The notes beneath the pieces are model-generated. The model had not been told where the DNA came from. It did not search any database and saw only the letters and a program-made list of their open reading frames with translations. From the NCBI RefSeq assembly GCF_035084215.1, contig NC_090333.1, positions 28,272,001 to 28,336,000 of the forward strand: a DNA stretch of 64,000 bases. The letters run 5' to 3'. Positions 62,190 to 64,000 of the stretch are shown piece by piece. This stretch comes from Heptranchias perlo (taxonomy: Eukaryota). Position 1 is the first letter of the stretch. Every line of letters starts with the position of its first letter. The position numbers and the translations under genes were made by a program.

Positions 62190-64000
62190 CCTGGTAGCAG
62201 CTGTGAAGTGGCAGAATGTATAAATGCAGAGATTAGATAAGCAAGTAGCAAAGGTAGAGTGGTTTTAATGAGGGATTTTAACTTTCATATAGGTTGGGAT
62301 AAGCAGACGAGCTCGTGTCAGAAAGGTAGCGAATTTTTTGTGTGTGTTCAGGACAGCTTTCTGCAACAATATGGACTAGAACCTACAAGGGGGCAGGCCA
62401 TATTAGATTGAATAATGAGCCACATTTAGTTAACAGCCTAACGGGGCGTGAACATTTATCTAGTAGCGATCCTAAAATGATGGTGTTCGATGTTTTTGAA
62501 AGGGAGAAAGCCATAACAATTACTAAGATTTAAAATTTAAGTAAAGCCGACTTCAACGGGATGAGACAGAGACTGTCCACAGTAAACGGGGTAAATCTGT
62601 TAATGGATAAAACAACAAAAGATCAGTGGGAGGTGTTCAAAAAATAATTTAACGTGATACAGAACCAGTTTATACCCCTAGGGAGTAAGAACTCTATTTG
62701 CCAAAAAAAAAGCCATGGACGACAAAAGAATTAAGGGACAACATAAAACTAAAAGAAAAAGCATTCAAAAATGCAAGAAATAGCATAGATCCTGGCAACT
62801 GGGAGAGATACAAAGAACAGCAAAGAGTGACAAAACAGATAGTAAGAGCTACAAAAAGGGAGTATGAAAAAAAACTTGCAAGGGATATCAAAATCGACAC
62901 ATTTTTTACAGTTATATTAGGAAAAAGAAGGTAGTCAAGAGCACTGTAGACCCCTTAAAAACTGATAATGGTGATATTGTAAATGAAAATAAGGAAATGG
63001 CAGACATGTTAAATAATTACTTTGTATCAGTATTTACAGTAGAGGAAGAGGATAGCATGCTGGACACCCCAAGGAAACTAATTTTGAATCAGGGATGGGG
63101 ACTCATCATAAGTAACGTAGCAAATTAACAGTAATGAAGGAAATAATGGCACTAAAGAGTGACAAATCCCCAGGACCAGATGGTTTCCATCCCAGGTTTT
63201 TAAAGGAAGTAGGTGAGAAATTGCAGATGCCCGAACTATAATCTTCCAAAGTTCTCTTGATTGGAAAATTGCACATGTCACTCCGCTATTTAAGAAAGGC
63301 AAGAGACAGAAACCAGGGAATTATAGACCAGTTAGCCTAACATCTGTTGTCGGAAAATTACTAGAGTCTACAATTAAGGATAGAGTGACTGAACACCGTC
63401 AAAATTTTCAGCTGATCAGAAAGAGCCAGCATGGATTTGTAAAGGGTAGGTCATGCCTGACTAACTTGATTGAATTTTTTGAAGCGGTGACCAAAGTAGT
63501 GGACAGAAAAATGTCGATGGATGTTGTTTATATGGACTTCCAGAAGGCATTCGATAAAGTCCCTCATAAGAGACTGTTAGCTAAAGTTGAAGCTCATAGA
63601 ATTGAGGGCAAATAATTGACCTGGTCAGGAAATTGGCTGAGTGGCAGGAGACAGAGAGTAGGGATAATGGGCAGGTAATCAAATTGGCAGGATGTGACTA
63701 GTGGTGTCCCACAGGGACCTGTGTTGAGGCCGCAACAATTCACTGCATTAACAACTTAGATGACAGGATTTTATTTTATTCGTTCATGGGATGTGGGCGT
63801 CGCTGCCAAGGCCAGCATTTATTGCCCATCCCTAATTGCCCTTGAGAAGGATGGAGAGCCACATATCCAAGTTTGCCGATGACACAAAGATAGGCAGCAT
63901 TATAACTGTGTAGATGGAAGCATAAAATTACAGAGATTAATAGATTAAGTGAATGGGCAAAACTGTGGCAAATGGATTTCAGTGTAGGCAAGTGTGAGGT
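62190..64000 (+). mobile_element. Degraded CR1 LINE, same subfamily as 45301-48700; runs off window
   Basis: KKPWTTKEL...KREYEKKLARDIK, QHGFVKGRSCLTNLIEFFE; short LINE-tail insertion at ~63770-63848. Confidence 0.88.

Overview
Eukaryotic vertebrate DNA, most likely a cartilaginous fish. This is inferred from the repeat mix: Deu-domain SINEs, CR1, L2, Tx1, Penelope-like and Harbinger remnants. Three host genes lie in the same order as the mammalian PLK3-TCTEX1D4(DYNLT4)-BTBD19 cluster. PLK3 is complete (15 exons, +, 6904-20717, 634 aa) with a CCAAT/GC/CRE/TATA promoter and an AU-rich 3' UTR. DYNLT4 has one coding exon (-, 28889-29590). BTBD19 shows its first two coding exons (+, 49449-49540 and 57676-57901) and continues past the window. 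The most notable non-gene signal is a set of minimal type I hammerhead-ribozyme motifs in two sequence families with covarying helices. They sit in Penelope-like terminal repeats and in young, TSD-flanked fold-back mini-elements, one of them a 105-bp near-perfect palindrome in PLK3 intron 1. Exon coordinates were read by hand from splice sites and frame continuity. Repeat boundaries are approximate and family names come from recall, not from database searches.
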